Source: a bacterium (GTDB taxonomy: Bacteria; Bacillota; Negativicutes; Veillonellales; Dialisteraceae). Taken from it: DNA of 55,821 nt. The position numbers and the translations under genes were made by a program. The DNA lies in contig CAVHIJ010000001.1 in NCBI GenBank assembly GCA_963635945.1, forward strand, positions 31,244 to 87,064, written 5' to 3'. Positions 53,912 through 55,821 of the stretch are shown here, piece after piece. Under the pieces are notes generated by a model that was given only the letters and a program-made list of their open reading frames with translations, was not told the DNA's origin and did no database searches. Within the stretch, counting starts at the first letter, position 1; each line of letters starts with the position of its first letter.

Positions 53912-55821
53912 ATGATGGAACTTTTGGCACCGGCGGGGACACCCGACCGGCTTTGGGCCGCGCTTTCCGCCGGCGCCGATGCGGTGTACTTGGGTGGTAA
54001 ACAATTCAGCGCACGGCGCTTTGCCGGAAATTTTACAAATGAAGAAATAAAGGATGCCGTGGCACTTTGTCACGCTCTCGGAAAATCGGTGTATGTGACG
54101 CTGAATATTTTAATTTCCGATAAAGAGATGCCGGAGCTTTTGTCGTATCTGGATTTTTTGGGGACGACAGGTATCGACGGACTGTTGGTGCAGGATTTGG
54201 GCGTGGCGCGATTGGTGCGGGAGCGGATTCCGCATGTGCCGCTTCATGCCAGCACCCAAATGACCGTATCGAATCTTTCTGGTGTCGAATTTTTACGGAC
54301 GCTCGGTTTCAAAAGAATTGTTCTTTCGCGTGAACTTTCGCATGAGGAAATTTCTTATATCGCACATCACACAGATGTCGAAATCGAAGTTTTCGTACAC
54401 GGAGCACTTTGTGTTTGTTATTCCGGGCAGTGTCTCATGAGTTCTTTTATCGGCGGTCGAAGTGGCAATCGCGGCGCCTGTGCGCAGCCGTGCCGTATGC
54501 CGTACCGATTGACGGATGAAGTGGGGAAGGAAACGGTTTCTTCCCGCGGTGATTATATTTTGTCGCTTCGAGATATGGTGTCGCTTGAATCGCTTTCGGC
54601 TCTTTCCGAGGCGGGCGTCGTTTCTCTTAAAGTGGAAGGGCGCATGAAAGAACCCGAATATGTATATGCCGTGATTTCCGCATATCGGGAAGCATTGGAT
54701 GCTATGCAAAGCGGTGAGGAAATCGATAAAAAAGAGTTGCTGCATCGAATGCAGACGCGTTTTAATCGCGGATATACGGAAAGGTATGCGAAAAACGAGA
54801 TAAGCGGCGCCATGATGACGGGGGATGCGCCGGGAAATCACGGTGTGCCGGCCGGATATGTGGCTCGTATAGGAAAGGGAAATTTTATGTTTCAATCGAA
54901 TTCCCGCCCCGCGGTACAAAATTTGTTCGGAATTTCCTATGTGACGACTGAGAAAATGATGGCATTTGTTGACATGTCTTCCGTGCGATTTGAGAAAAAC
55001 GGATCTGTTTTCGTGCATGCGGAAACAGAGGCTGCGGAAGGCGGTGCCGTATATTGGGTACCGAAGCCGAAAAAGGAAAATTTCGGGCCGAAATATTTCA
55101 CGCGGAGAATTCCGCTAACGTTTACATTTTCTGCGATGCCGGGGCATTTCGTGATGCTTTCCGCCGATGACGGAGCGGGGCATGGTGTTTCGGTTTCTTC
55201 GGAATTTATTGCGGAAGCGGCGCGTGAGCGAGTGACCGGAGAAGATGAAATTATAAGTCTCCTCTCGCGCCTTGGGAATACAATTTATAGTTTCGGCGGT
55301 GCCGCAATACGGAATGACGGTTGTATGGTGCCGAAAAGCATTGTGAATCATTTGCGGCAGGATGTATGCGAAAAAATATCGCGCCAACGCATTGAAGAAT
55401 TTGAGGCTTCGCGCGGGCCGTATGCGTCAACGATTCCGTCGGTTGTACGGAAACGTGTCGAGGAAAGGGGAGCGCCGCGGTTTTTTGTGCGGACGGATAA
55501 TGAAAAGCAGGCCTTGGACGCCATAGCCGAAGGCGCGGGCGTTATTTTCGGCGGTGAATCGTTTTCGCATCGGCCGATTCCCGTTTCCGTATATAAAAAT
55601 GTATTAGAAACTGGTCGCGCGGCCGGTATGCGCGTGATTTTTTCCATGCCTCGCATCGTGCGTCAAATGAGAGAATCGGCGGCGCAGGCATGGTTTCTCA
55701 CATTGGGAAATCTTATGCCCGATGCGATGGAAATTCGTTTTCCCGGTGCGATGCTTTGGGCAAAAGATTTGCCGGAAACCGTTGGTGTGATGGGGGAAGC
55801 TTCACTCAATGTTTTCAATGC
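53912..55821 (+). CDS. peptidase U32 family protein, long two-module form (3' end beyond window)
   Basis: The open frame runs from ATG 53912 (AAGGAGG RBS) to the window edge. ELLAPAG...AVYLGG start, Cys-rich U32 signature EVFVHGALCVCYSGQCLMSSFIGGRSGNRGACAQPCRMPY, and a second U32-like module beginning near 55480. Absent from the ORF track because no stop lies in the window. Confidence 0.85.
   Translation, partial: MMELLAPAGTPDRLWAALSAGADAVYLGGKQFSARRFAGNFTNEEIKDAVALCHALGKSVYVTLNILISDKEMPELLSYLDFLGTTGIDGLLVQDLGVARLVRERIPHVPLHASTQMTVSNLSGVEFLRTLGFKRIVLSRELSHEEISYIAHHTDVEIEVFVHGALCVCYSGQCLMSSFIGGRSGNRGACAQPCRMPYRLTDEVGKETVSSRGDYILSLRDMVSLESLSALSEAGVVSLKVEGRMKEPEYVYAVISAYREALDAMQSGEEIDKKELLHRMQTRFNRGYTERYAKNEISGAMMTGDAPGNHGVPAGYVARIGKGNFMFQSNSRPAVQNLFGISYVTTEKMMAFVDMSSVRFEKNGSVFVHAETEAAEGGAVYWVPKPKKENFGPKYFTRRIPLTFTFSAMPGHFVMLSADDGAGHGVSVSSEFIAEAARERVTGEDEIISLLSRLGNTIYSFGGAAIRNDGCMVPKSIVNHLRQDVCEKISRQRIEEFEASRGPYASTIPSVVRKRVEERGAPRFFVRTDNEKQALDAIAEGAGVIFGGESFSHRPIPVSVYKNVLETGRAAGMRVIFSMPRIVRQMRESAAQAWFLTLGNLMPDAMEIRFPGAMLWAKDLPETVGVMGEASLNVFN

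Overview
This window is a core-chromosome segment with 53 protein genes (50 on the + strand), one tRNA and RNase P RNA. GC looks mid-to-high 40s by eye; I did not compute it.

Gene content points to a Firmicutes-type genome with diderm (Negativicutes-like) hallmarks. Classic Bacillus/Clostridium synteny blocks are present:
- dtd-MBL-...-hemZ-hisS-aspS
- holB-ricT-yabB-rsmI
- yacL-ispDF-gltX
- hpf-secA-prfB
- a mraZ-to-ftsZ dcw cluster

These sit beside LPS inner-core heptose genes (gmhA-gmhB-GT9 heptosyltransferase), an AMIN-domain amidase, csaB and a type-A RNase P RNA. Many ORF-track entries carry spurious N-terminal extensions. I re-set those starts using RBS position and overlaps with the upstream stop codon. 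prfB needs the canonical +1 frameshift.

I saw no transposase, integrase, CRISPR array, rRNA, prophage or recognisable defence gene, and I found no convincing self-contained novel system. The leads most worth a second look are:
1. The dcw cluster lacks ftsI, ftsW and ftsA at their canonical positions.
2. A large uncharacterised polytopic membrane protein is translationally coupled to csaB downstream of prfB.
3. A terminator-like hairpin module with near-identical arms occurs both in the csp leader and in the ftsL-murE gap.
4. nrdR appears co-transcribed with heptose/LPS genes.
5. Several sharply defined operator-like palindromes and a phased GTGG array lie on the mraZ promoter.

The many 200-550 aa antisense ORFs in the track are shadow ORFs caused by codon bias.
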